Shown piece after piece: positions 1-9,001 of a stretch of 29,649 nucleotides of DNA. Each line of letters opens with the position of its first letter. Positions within the stretch are counted from its first letter, which is position 1. Under the pieces are notes generated by a model. That model saw only the letters and a program-made list of their open reading frames with translations. It searched no databases and had not been told where the DNA came from. Made by a program: the position numbers and the translations under genes. The stretch covers positions 1 to 29,649 of the forward strand of contig JBHHXT010000045.1 in the NCBI GenBank assembly GCA_046757165.1, read 5' to 3'. The stretch comes from a bacterium. GTDB taxonomy: Bacteria > Zhuqueibacterota > Zhuqueibacteria > Oceanimicrobiales > Oceanimicrobiaceae.

Positions 1-263
1 TGAATCATTTGTCGGCGTAGCAGATCACTGGCCAGTCGGCTGACAGGGACTCCAAGTTTCTGTGCGTTTGTCCGAAGCGCTTTCATCAAATCTTCGTCTA
101 CTTCGAGTTCGGAGCGGCGTTTACGAAGTTCAGCCTTCACGTCTACATCTTGAAACGAGTCGGGGTAATCTGTAATATCGTGCGTATCCCAGAACTCAGC
201 AGCTTCTTCATAACTGGAGAATGCGTCTGGAATTGGGTCAACACGTTTATCTTTTTTGCTCAT
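1..263 (-). CDS. CopG/BrnA-type antitoxin-like protein (3' end runs off the window)
   Basis: Manual translation from ATG at 263: MSKKDKRVDPIPDAFSSYEEAAEFWDTHDITDYPDSF...LEVDEDLMKALRTNAQKLGVPVSRLASDLLRRQMI. The 'IP.F.S.EE.AEFWDTHD..DY' motif and RHH-like C-terminus are typical of CopG_antitoxin proteins. GAGGT RBS upstream. Not in the ORF track. Confidence 0.8.
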   Translation of the reverse strand, partial: MSKKDKRVDPIPDAFSSYEEAAEFWDTHDITDYPDSFQDVDVKAELRKRRSELEVDEDLMKALRTNAQKLGVPVSRLASDLLRRQMI

Positions 264-396
264 AAAGGTGACCTCGCTGGTAGGCATCATAAGCTGCCTC
301 TTGCTTTGCATCAAGTTAATCAAACAATGAACCTAATGCAAGAGTTTTTCACCTACCCAGGGCTCCCATCTTTCTCAATACCAAGAAAGATTGATA

Positions 397-424
397 AACA
401 CTTTCCTAATCATAGGAAAGTGTT
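397..424. promoter_or_regulatory. Perfect inverted repeat (12-bp arms), candidate operator
   Basis: AACACTTTCCTA-ATCA-TAGGAAAGTGTT in the divergent intergenic region. Confidence 0.55.
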
Positions 425-491
425 GACGTCTTAGTAATAATTGTATTACCTTCTTAGCCACCCGGACATCAACGGTGAGGCCTTATCTTGC

Positions 492-507
492 TGGCATAGT
501 TTTGGCA
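492..507 (+). promoter_or_regulatory. Putative sigma54 -24/-12 promoter
   Basis: TGGCATAGTTTTGGCA has GG-N10-GC spacing and lies 80 bp before the ATG at 587; TG replaces the usual TT before GC. Confidence 0.5.
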
Positions 508-586
508 TGGCAACGTAGCATTCTCTGTCAGGCAACCGGCAACTCCCTGCATTTGAAGGTAGGCAAAGTCGAGACTTTGGAGGGGT

Positions 587-1858
587 ATGAATAGTCGTGC
601 AAAAGGACTTGTTTTCGCTCTGTTGTCACGTGCATTCTTCCTTAGTTTGCCAATGGTCATGCTGTTCAACGCGGACGCCTATGCAATTCCTGCGTTTGCG
701 CGAAGATACAAAACCGCCTGCACTTCGTGCCATGTTCTGATTCCAAAACTGAATCATTTTGGCAAAGCGTTCAAAAACAATGGCTACAGAATCCCGCCCA
801 TGGATGAGGCGTTTGTCAAGGTGCCGGATGTCAAGCTGGGAGATGACGAATGGAAGGAGGTCTGGCCCAAAGGAGTGTGGCCGGGCGCCATTCCGGGTAT
901 CCCACAGATTGCCCTGAGAATTGATGGCGATTTGGTGCTCAATCCGGAGGCCGAGGTCAGCAGTGATTTTGATTTTCCTCGCGAGATCGAGATACTGGCG
1001 GGTGGCCACGCCGGCGATGGCTTTTCCTATTTCTTGGAGCTTGCGTTCGAGCACGAAGAGGTCGTGCTGGAACGCGCTTTTGCGCAATTCGATCGCATCG
1101 CGGGTTCGACGCTTTTCAACCTCAAGATTGGCAGATATGAACTGGCAGCCGTCCCGTTTTCCCGGTTCAGCAGACGGCTGACGAGCTCCGACTTTCTCAC
1201 CAGTGGATTCAGAGCTTTGCCGGGCGGATTCCGGTTCAGAGATCGCCAGCAGGGAATCGAGCTCTGGGGCGCAAAATCGCTGTTCGAGAGCGGCGGAGTT
1301 GAATATGGAATCGGCATTGTCAACGGCAGCGGGGCGAGTCGAGATAACAACGCCTCAAAGGATATTTATTACAGACTTTCATACAAATTTGGTGGGTTTG
1401 GCGTGTCGGGGTCCCGGAGTGAGGAGGGCTCTAAGAGATTCAAGCAGACCAACAATTGGCGAGATGACTCTTTCAAGGTCGGGACCTTCGGCTATTGGGG
1501 AAAAGCCGGGGTGTCCGGAGCGGAGAACAGATTCGATCGGTTTGGCTTTGACTTTGATTGGTGGTATCGCGATCTAAATGTGTTTGGCGTTTTTCTCCAC
1601 GGGCGGGAGCTCAAGGATGACTTGCAGGAGTTAGACTTCGATACCTACTTTGTCGAAGCTGACTATGTATTGCTTCCCTGGGTGATTGCTCTCCTGCGTT
1701 ATGAACGTGCCCATCAGCCCGGTCCAGATGTGGAGCGATTCGTACCCGGGATCGTCCTGGCCCTGCGGGCGAACGTCAGGCTGGTCGGCGAGACTGAGAT
1801 TTACCTGAATGATAGTGGAGACAGCCTGACCAGGTTGAGACTGGATTTTCTGTTCTAA
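587..1858 (+). CDS. Cyc2-like fused monoheme cytochrome c / outer-membrane beta-barrel porin (copy 1)
   Basis: Signal peptide ending AYA, then IPAFARRYKTACTSCHVLIPKLNHFGKAFKNNGY (Cyc2-type P.FAR...CxxCH...P.L...G..F...GY), amphipathic beta-strands and C-terminal Phe. GGAGG RBS. Confidence 0.8.
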   Translation: MNSRAKGLVFALLSRAFFLSLPMVMLFNADAYAIPAFARRYKTACTSCHVLIPKLNHFGKAFKNNGYRIPPMDEAFVKVPDVKLGDDEWKEVWPKGVWPGAIPGIPQIALRIDGDLVLNPEAEVSSDFDFPREIEILAGGHAGDGFSYFLELAFEHEEVVLERAFAQFDRIAGSTLFNLKIGRYELAAVPFSRFSRRLTSSDFLTSGFRALPGGFRFRDRQQGIELWGAKSLFESGGVEYGIGIVNGSGASRDNNASKDIYYRLSYKFGGFGVSGSRSEEGSKRFKQTNNWRDDSFKVGTFGYWGKAGVSGAENRFDRFGFDFDWWYRDLNVFGVFLHGRELKDDLQELDFDTYFVEADYVLLPWVIALLRYERAHQPGPDVERFVPGIVLALRANVRLVGETEIYLNDSGDSLTRLRLDFLF

Positions 1859-1873
1859 CATCAGAGGTTTGAC

Positions 1874-2500
1874 GTGAGAGGGTTTACGATTTCTTTGCTG
1901 GCAATTTTTACCCTGGCTTTTGTCCAGGAGGGGATAGGTGGGGAGATCAAGGGTGCCGTGTCATCCAAGTGGTTCGAAAGGTGCCAGGACGTCGTGGTTT
2001 TTATCGAAGCGGTCGATTCCACTAACGTTTACCAGCCCCCGAAAGACCGCCCGAGGTTGGATCAGCGAGATCTGACCTTTGTGCCACATGTTCTGCCGAT
2101 AGTCGTCGGCACCACGGTAGATTTCCCAAACAATGACAAGGTTCAACATAACGTTTTTTCCCCCTCCAAAACCAAGAAGTTCGACCTCGGTTCCTATCCC
2201 CCAAAAGAGTTCAAATCCGTCACGTTTGATCGGCCGGGAAAGGTGGTGGTATTGTGCAATGTCCATCCGGAAATGTCAGCGTACATCATTGTTCTCAACA
2301 ACCCTTACTTCGCTCTGACCGATGAAGAGGGCAGCTTTGTCATATCGAAGATACCGCCGGGAAAATACCGGGTGAGCACGTGGCACAAGAATCTCAAAAC
2401 CGCTACCCGCAAGGTGACGGTGCCGGCGAAAGGAACCGTTGTGGTCGACTTTGAGCTGATGATTGGCAAAGCGGCCGATCTGCTCGAGCTTCTAAAATAG
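1874..2500 (+). CDS. Periplasmic cupredoxin with carboxypeptidase-regulatory-like domain
   Basis: Signal peptide; HNVFS and CNVHPEM give a His/Cys/His/Met type-1 Cu ligand set; TDEEGSFVI..IPPGKY motif. GTG start with AGAGG RBS. Confidence 0.85.
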   Translation: MRGFTISLLAIFTLAFVQEGIGGEIKGAVSSKWFERCQDVVVFIEAVDSTNVYQPPKDRPRLDQRDLTFVPHVLPIVVGTTVDFPNNDKVQHNVFSPSKTKKFDLGSYPPKEFKSVTFDRPGKVVVLCNVHPEMSAYIIVLNNPYFALTDEEGSFVISKIPPGKYRVSTWHKNLKTATRKVTVPAKGTVVVDFELMIGKAADLLELLK

Positions 2501-2576
2501 ACTATGGAATCGTTGAAAAGCTGAGAACTTATTCTCTGCCATTTTGTTGGCAAGAAATGAGGTTGCCATCAATAAT

Positions 2577-2631
2577 TAACCGCGAAGTTTGCTTGGCGCT
2601 CTTTGCGTAAACTTTACGAACTCTGCGTTTA
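2577..2631. repeat. Degenerate intergenic repeat with 9-11 nt periodic CTTTGCG-like units
   Basis: CTTGGCG, CTTTGCG, CTTTACG and CTCTGCG at 2592, 2601, 2612 and 2621, partly complementary to the upstream AACCGCGAAGTTTGC. Confidence 0.4.
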
Positions 2632-2701
2632 GCTTTTATTTTCTTGTTCCGGTGGCTACATCCCGCGTCGTATGCGGGGCTTGTCCGGTTTTGGTGTTCA
2701 A

Positions 2702-5017
2702 ATGAATCTAAACAAGCTATTCAAACAGTTCAAAATAAGACGAAAGCTCACCATTGCGTTCACGGTATTGGCAACGGTGCCCATGTTGTTGACCGGATTC
2801 TTTGGCCTGAAGTACACCGTGGCGGTATTGGAAAAAAATTCCCTGCAACAATTGAACAGCAGTATTTCAACGATGCAGGTAAAGGTCGACCGGTTCCTCA
2901 ATGAAGCCAAGAGCGACATTTTCTACTTGAGCGACTCGTTCGTTTTCCGGCAGTTTCTTGAATCTTTCGAGAGACATGAGAAGTCGCCCGTGAGCAAGCA
3001 AGTGCTGCTCGAGCAGCTCGCTGACTTTGCCGAGAATCGAGGCAGGTACTACCAGTTGCGGTTCCTCGATCGATATGCCACCGAGATTCTTAGAATTGAA
3101 CGTGATAGCGTTCAGACTGTTATCGTTCCTGATGAAGAATTGACCAAACGTCAGGATGTTTTCTACCTTTATCATATCGAAAATACGACGGAGCGCGAAT
3201 TGCTGTACACGCCGGTTGAATTGAGAGACAGCAAGCTCTCGCACAACGTCGTTCCGGCCATCAGTTACTTTCTCCCTGTTTACAGCGACTCGAAGGAGCG
3301 CGGCTTGCAGGGCATTTTCATCGCGAATGTGTACGCTCAGAAGCTCTTCGAGATCTTGAGTGAGGAACCCCTCGAGCCCGGGCGCACCACGATTCTGGCC
3401 GACAACAAAGGCTACTATCTGTATAATTCGGCCAGGACGGAGTGGAACAGATTGCTGGCCTTGAGAAAGGAGGGCAATGTTGCCAATGATTTTTCGGCAG
3501 CCATCAGGGAGAAGATTCTCTCCGGCAAAGCGGGCTTGATCGATGGCGATTTGAACAAAATTATCGCCTATACTCCTATCTTTTTCACTGGCTCCGCAGA
3601 CAACTACATGGTGCTCTTTCAATGCGTCTCCAAAGATCTGGTCCGAAAGCCGATCAAATCTTTCGTCAGGTTGGTTGCCACCATTGGCTCGTTTACCTTT
3701 GCTATGGCCTTGCTCCTGGGTTTTCTTGGGGCGAATCAGTTTACGAAACCGATCAAGGCTCTGAGCAAGAGCTCGGAGATGCTGGCGGCGGGTGAGCTTG
3801 ATTACCGCATTGAAATCGATACCAATGACGAGATAGAACAACTCGCCAACGATTTCAACCGCATGGCCGACGATATCAAAAAACATGAAGAGCAGTTGCA
3901 GGAGTATGCCGAAGAGCTCGAGGCCAGGGTCAGAGAAAGAACCCGGGAGCTGAGCAAGGCGCTGAGTTACCTGCAGAATCTGATCGACAGCTCAATCGAT
4001 GCCATCATCACATTGGACAACAAGCAAATCATTACTTATTTTAGCAAAGGGGCTGAAACCATCTTGGGGTTTCGAGCAGATGAAGTGCTCGACAAAGAAA
4101 TATGCTCCTTGTGCAAGAGCTGTCTTTTCGATGATTGTCCAATCCGTGGCGTGTCTGAGCAGCGAACGATATTGAAGAATCAGCAGCTTAGCTTTCTGGA
4201 CCGGCACGGCCAGCCTGTGCCTCTGAATGTTTCTGTTTCTCCCATCAAAAATGAGCAGGGGGAAATGATCGGCGTCTTGACTATTGGCAAGGATCTGAGA
4301 GAACAAAAGAAAATGGAACAGCAGATTCAACAAGCTGAAAAACTCGCAGGGATTGGTCAGCTCGCCGCGGGAATGGCGCATCAATTGAACACCCCAGTTG
4401 CCTCCATCATTTTGTCCGCACAGATGGTGAAAGACATGATAACGGATGAAGAAATTCTTGAAGATATCAGCAAGATCGAGCGCCAGGCAGACCATTGCAA
4501 GAAGTTGATTCAGGACCTGCTCAGCTTTTCCCGTCCTTCAAAAGAACACAAGTCTGCAATCGTCTTGCAAGAGGTCATCGAAGTGACCGTGAGAATGGTG
4601 CAGAAAGAGTTTAGCAACAGAGATATTCACATTATTACAGAATTTGACAAGAATCCGCGTGAGATTCATGGCAATGAAAATCAGATAGAACAACTGTTTT
4701 TCAATCTGCTCAAGAATGCCGAGGATGCGATGCCAGCGGGCGGTGAAATAAGAATCAGGACGGCAAGGGACGGAAATCAAAGCGTGAAAGTCACCGTTGC
4801 AGACACGGGGATCGGAATGAAAGAGACCATTCTAAGCAAGATATTCGAGCCGTTCTTCACCACTAAAGACGTGGGCCGGGGCACCGGACTCGGTTTGTCG
4901 GTGTGTTACGGGATTGTTGAGGAGCATGGCGGCAACATAGAAGTGGAAAGCGAGCCTGGAAAGGGCACGACGTTCACCATCAGATTGCCTTTGATGGATA
5001 CAGAGAGAACACCATGA
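2702..5017 (+). CDS. Sensor histidine kinase (Cache-HAMP-PAS-HisKA-HATPase)
   Basis: Two TM segments around a periplasmic domain; HAMP ([14 protein letters not shown]); PAS; H-box AHQLNTP; N-box [19 protein letters not shown] and GTGLGL. Start may be 2672 or 2702. Confidence 0.95.
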   Translation: MNLNKLFKQFKIRRKLTIAFTVLATVPMLLTGFFGLKYTVAVLEKNSLQQLNSSISTMQVKVDRFLNEAKSDIFYLSDSFVFRQFLESFERHEKSPVSKQVLLEQLADFAENRGRYYQLRFLDRYATEILRIERDSVQTVIVPDEELTKRQDVFYLYHIENTTERELLYTPVELRDSKLSHNVVPAISYFLPVYSDSKERGLQGIFIANVYAQKLFEILSEEPLEPGRTTILADNKGYYLYNSARTEWNRLLALRKEGNVANDFSAAIREKILSGKAGLIDGDLNKIIAYTPIFFTGSADNYMVLFQCVSKDLVRKPIKSFVRLVATIGSFTFAMALLLGFLGANQFTKPIKALSKSSEMLAAGELDYRIEIDTNDEIEQLANDFNRMADDIKKHEEQLQEYAEELEARVRERTRELSKALSYLQNLIDSSIDAIITLDNKQIITYFSKGAETILGFRADEVLDKEICSLCKSCLFDDCPIRGVSEQRTILKNQQLSFLDRHGQPVPLNVSVSPIKNEQGEMIGVLTIGKDLREQKKMEQQIQQAEKLAGIGQLAAGMAHQLNTPVASIILSAQMVKDMITDEEILEDISKIERQADHCKKLIQDLLSFSRPSKEHKSAIVLQEVIEVTVRMVQKEFSNRDIHIITEFDKNPREIHGNENQIEQLFFNLLKNAEDAMPAGGEIRIRTARDGNQSVKVTVADTGIGMKETILSKIFEPFFTTKDVGRGTGLGLSVCYGIVEEHGGNIEVESEPGKGTTFTIRLPLMDTERTP

Positions 5018-6372
5018 ACGAGAGCAAGATCCTCATTGTTGAAGACGACCGCGATATGGCGGACAACTGCCATAAGTTGTTCAAGCGGTCCGGATATGAC
5101 TCCGTGGTGACCTATTCCGGTGAAGACGCCATGAGCGTGCTCTCACGGGACGACACCATTGGAATTGTCTTGACGGACCTCAAGATGCCGGGCATGGATG
5201 GCATTGAGCTTTTGAAGAAAGCGAAAGAGCTGAAGCCCGAGATTGAGATCATCGTCATGACCGGATACGGCACCATAAAGAACGCGGTGCAGGCGATCAA
5301 AATCGGAGCCTCCGACTACATCACAAAGCCCTTCAACAAGGATGAGCTTCTCAATGCCGTCAACAAGATCATCGAAACAAAAAAGTTGAGACTCGAGGTC
5401 TCGCAGCTTCGGTCACAAGTGCAGACCCACTATGCCTTCGGCAATATTGTCGCCAGGAGCAAGAAAATGGCCGAGGTGTTGAAACAAGCCTCGTTTGCGG
5501 CTCAAAGCGACAGCTCCGTCCTCATCGTCGGGGAGAGTGGCACCGGCAAGGAACTGGTGGCCAAGGCCATTCACTACCAGTCGCAGAGAGCAAAGGCGCC
5601 CTTTGTGCCGGTGAATTGTGGCGCCCTGCCGAAGGACTTGATTGAGAGTGAGCTGTTTGGCCATAAGAAGGGAGCTTACACGGGCGCCACGAAGGAAACT
5701 CTGGGGTTGTTTCGGTCCGCAGATGGCGGGACGATCTTCCTGGACGAAATCGCGGACATGCCTCTGGAGACGCAGGTCAAGCTCTTGCGCGTTCTGCAAG
5801 AAAAACAGATTCGGCCCGTTGGCGACACGCGCGAAATCCCCATCGACGTGCGAGTGGTTTCAGCCACCAATCGCAACATCATGCAGGCGCTTGAAGAAGA
5901 GCTGCTGCGTAAAGATTTGTACTATCGCCTGAGCGTGGTCGTGCTGGAAATCCCGCCACTCAGAGAGCGCCTGGAAGATATCCCATTCCTGGTCACTTCT
6001 TTTGTCGCCAGGTACAACAAGGTGTTCAAAAGGGAAGTGAACGAAGTGGATGGTGAAGTTTTGACTGTCCTGAGGGAATACAGCTGGCCTGGAAATGTCA
6101 GAGAGTTGGAGAACCTGATCGAGGGGTTGTTTGCCATGGGCATTCATGGCAAGATTACACCGGCCGATGTCCGTCACATTCTGAAGCGACACACAAAAGA
6201 AAGCGTGATGGAAACAGGGGCTGACGACCTGGTCAGCACGCTGAGCAATGCAGAGCGTCAGGCCATTGAGAACGCCTTGAAGGCTGCCGGCGGCAACAAA
6301 TCTAAGGCTGCCGCCATCCTCGGGATCTCGCGCACCCGGTTGTACAAGAAACTGGAGCTTTATAAGCTATGA
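5014..6372 (+). CDS. NtrC-family sigma54-dependent response regulator
   Basis: Receiver (LTDLKMP), GESGTGKE, ESELFGH.KGAYTGA, FLDEI, WPGNVRELEN and a Fis-type HTH. ATGA overlap with the kinase. Confidence 0.97.
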   Translation: MNESKILIVEDDRDMADNCHKLFKRSGYDSVVTYSGEDAMSVLSRDDTIGIVLTDLKMPGMDGIELLKKAKELKPEIEIIVMTGYGTIKNAVQAIKIGASDYITKPFNKDELLNAVNKIIETKKLRLEVSQLRSQVQTHYAFGNIVARSKKMAEVLKQASFAAQSDSSVLIVGESGTGKELVAKAIHYQSQRAKAPFVPVNCGALPKDLIESELFGHKKGAYTGATKETLGLFRSADGGTIFLDEIADMPLETQVKLLRVLQEKQIRPVGDTREIPIDVRVVSATNRNIMQALEEELLRKDLYYRLSVVVLEIPPLRERLEDIPFLVTSFVARYNKVFKREVNEVDGEVLTVLREYSWPGNVRELENLIEGLFAMGIHGKITPADVRHILKRHTKESVMETGADDLVSTLSNAERQAIENALKAAGGNKSKAAAILGISRTRLYKKLELYKL

Positions 6373-6394
6373 CGCACACTCTGACTCATGGTCT

Positions 6395-8785
6395 ATGGTG
6401 AAACCGCTCAATATCAACAAAGTCCTCAAACTCCAGATTCGGGGCAAATTGGTTATCGCATTTGCTGGTCTGTCGATGCTCCCGGTATTGGTGGTAGGTT
6501 TCCTGGGAATTTCAACAAATACACGGACGCTCCGTCAGGTGGCCATCGAGGCGCTGAATCACGATCTGCTCGCCATCAAGCAGCATTTGAGTACCTTTGT
6601 ACATGGCGTGGAAGAAAACATCGAATTCCTGGCGTCGTCGTCATCGTTCCTGCAGTTTGTCGAGGCGGTGACCACAGAGGACAGCGCAAGGATTTCCCGC
6701 ACTGCGAGTGAGTTGCTGCCTGATCTTTTGAGATTTGCCGAGCGAAAGCAGATCTATTACCAGCTCATATTCATGGATCGACACGGCGATGAGATTTTCG
6801 TCATCGAGAGAGACGGCGCTCGATATCGGACGCTCGACCCTCAGGAATTGAATCGTTCAGGAACGAGTTTTTATCGCTATCTTGCTGGAGAGATTCCTGC
6901 CAACCAAGCGACCCTGGTGCCGGTAGAGCTGAGCAGCCAGGATTCCAACACCGTGCTTCCAGTCATCAGTTGTTTGTATCCGATCTACCATGAGGATCTT
7001 GCCGGGCTGCTTATTTTTCAGATCTATGCCCAAACTTTCTTTAGGACGATGGAACAAGAAATGCCACTTGGGCCGCGAGGAAAAGTCATGCTGGTAAATT
7101 CGGATGGCTACTATCTTTACCATTCAGAAAAAAAGAAACATTGGAACCAGCTTCTGGCGTCCAAAGATAGTCTAAACCTGAAAGTGGACTACGGCGAGGA
7201 AATGGCCTCGCGACTGATCTTCAGACCGTCCGAGCTATTCACTGAAATCGACGATGAAATCGTTGCGCATCTGCCGCTTTTTGATGTGCACAAGGGATTG
7301 GAGAATGAATACACCATCCTGAAAAGCGCCTCCAAAGCGGAGGTCTTTTCGCCGGCAGAGACGTTCAAAAAAATCTTCCTGGGCTTGTTGGGCCTCTTCT
7401 TGATTGTCTCACTTTTTCTGGCTTATTTGGCCACCCGGCAATTCACCGGTCCCATCGAAAAACTCAGTCGTGAAGCGGAGGTGATTGCTCAGGGTGACTA
7501 TCATTCGCGCGTGGAAGTGCAAACCTATGATGAAATTGGAGACCTGGGGCAGCAATTCAACATCATGGCCGAGTCGCTGGAGCAGCGGGAAGCGGAAATT
7601 GCCCAGCACCGGGAGCACCTGGAACAGATGGTGCAGGCGCGAACGCGTGAATTGCGCAAAGAAAAAAACAAGTTGCAAGCGATTTTGGACAATGTGCCGA
7701 GCGGCTTTGTTCTCCTCGACAAGGATCACCGTATTCTTTCGGCCAGTGCGGCGCTGCAGTCCATCACCGGGAAATCGGGTAAGGAGCTTCTGGGCCAGCC
7801 TTGCTACATTGTCCTTGGCAGCGATCCCGTCGGATCTGACAATCCCGCGACCCGGACTTTTCACTCCGGCAAGATGGAAACGCAAGTGGTCCGTCGCTGC
7901 TGCCCCGAGGGGGAGGAACACTTTTTGGAGCTGATCGCGGTACCGCTGAAAAAAGATGGACGTGTGGAAAACGTGCTGGAAATTATCACGGATGTCACCG
8001 ACCGCAAACGGTTGCATGATCAATTGCTTCGTTCCGAAAGGCTTGCTGCAACGGGCGAAATGGCAGCGGTGATCGCCCACGAAATGCGCAACTCCCTGAC
8101 TTCGGTGCGGATGCTCTTGCAGCTCTTAGCCGAAACCAATAATCTCGATTCAGGTGATCGAGAGTCTCTGGATGTAACCCTGGATTCTTTGAGCCGAATG
8201 GAGCGGGTCGTGAATAATCTGCTGCAACTCGCTCGACCGGCACAGTTGACCAAAAGAAGCGAAAGTGTCAATGAGATTATCAAAGATGGCGTTGAATTTG
8301 CCAAACCCCAAATGGTGCACAAACGCATCGATCTCCAGGTTGAGCTTGCCACCGATCTACCGCAGATAGAGTTGGATCGTGAACATCTCAAAGAGGCGAT
8401 GGTCAATCTGATTTTGAACGCGTCACAATCGATTGAAACGAAAGGCGAAATCTTCATCCATTCAGTTGTGACTACCCTGACAAAGAAAATGCACGACCTG
8501 GGTGAGGTCCGTATCACTGCCGATGAACGCGTCTCCGTCGGGGTTCGCGAAGTCGTGCTCAAGAAGGGAAGGCAGGTCGTCAAGATCGAGATCCGCGATT
8601 CCGGTTGCGGGATTCCAGGGGCGCATTTAGAGCGCATCTTCGACCCGTTCTTCACCACAAAGATCAACGGAACAGGGTTAGGACTCTCGTTTGTCAAAAG
8701 AGTGGTCAACGAGCACGGGGGCATCGTCAGGGCGGAGAGTGAACCGGGAAAGGGGAGCTGTTTTTCGATCTTGATTCCGGTGTGA
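6395..8785 (+). CDS. Sensor histidine kinase (Cache-HAMP-PAS-HisKA-HATPase), paralog of 2702..5017
   Basis: Same layout; shared GYYLY...WN.LLA motif; H-box AHEMRNSL; NLILNA, DSGCG, FDPFFTTK and GTGLGL. Confidence 0.95.
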   Translation: MVKPLNINKVLKLQIRGKLVIAFAGLSMLPVLVVGFLGISTNTRTLRQVAIEALNHDLLAIKQHLSTFVHGVEENIEFLASSSSFLQFVEAVTTEDSARISRTASELLPDLLRFAERKQIYYQLIFMDRHGDEIFVIERDGARYRTLDPQELNRSGTSFYRYLAGEIPANQATLVPVELSSQDSNTVLPVISCLYPIYHEDLAGLLIFQIYAQTFFRTMEQEMPLGPRGKVMLVNSDGYYLYHSEKKKHWNQLLASKDSLNLKVDYGEEMASRLIFRPSELFTEIDDEIVAHLPLFDVHKGLENEYTILKSASKAEVFSPAETFKKIFLGLLGLFLIVSLFLAYLATRQFTGPIEKLSREAEVIAQGDYHSRVEVQTYDEIGDLGQQFNIMAESLEQREAEIAQHREHLEQMVQARTRELRKEKNKLQAILDNVPSGFVLLDKDHRILSASAALQSITGKSGKELLGQPCYIVLGSDPVGSDNPATRTFHSGKMETQVVRRCCPEGEEHFLELIAVPLKKDGRVENVLEIITDVTDRKRLHDQLLRSERLAATGEMAAVIAHEMRNSLTSVRMLLQLLAETNNLDSGDRESLDVTLDSLSRMERVVNNLLQLARPAQLTKRSESVNEIIKDGVEFAKPQMVHKRIDLQVELATDLPQIELDREHLKEAMVNLILNASQSIETKGEIFIHSVVTTLTKKMHDLGEVRITADERVSVGVREVVLKKGRQVVKIEIRDSGCGIPGAHLERIFDPFFTTKINGTGLGLSFVKRVVNEHGGIVRAESEPGKGSCFSILIPV

Positions 8786-8825
8786 AGCACGACGCGGCCT
8801 TCGGCCGCAACCCAAGAACTGATTC

Positions 8826-8910
8826 AGCCACGGATTTGCACTGATTGACGCGGATTCGGTCCAAATACGTATAGCCAAAATCTGTGTTTTATCAGTGTAA
8901 ATCCGTGGCT
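8826..8910. repeat. Long intergenic hairpin / REP-like inverted repeat
   Basis: AGCCACGGATTTGCACTGAT (8826-8845) pairs with ATCAGTGTAAATCCGTGGCT (8891-8910) with one G-U; inner arms 8847-8856 and 8879-8888 also pair with G-U wobbles. Confidence 0.75.
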
Positions 8911-9001
8911 AAATATGTTCCAAGCGTCAAAAATTTTGCCAAAGAACACGATGTTGTCGGTTTATCGTACACAGCCACCATAGTCGAGTCAATGAGGCAA
9001 A

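Noticed and set aside
150..434. 94-aa + strand ORF
   Set aside because: Overlaps the better-supported antitoxin gene on the opposite strand and the promoter region; no motifs.
5671..5688. GAYTGA instead of GAFTGA in activator 1
   Set aside because: A known functional variant in sigma54 activators such as DmpR/XylR.
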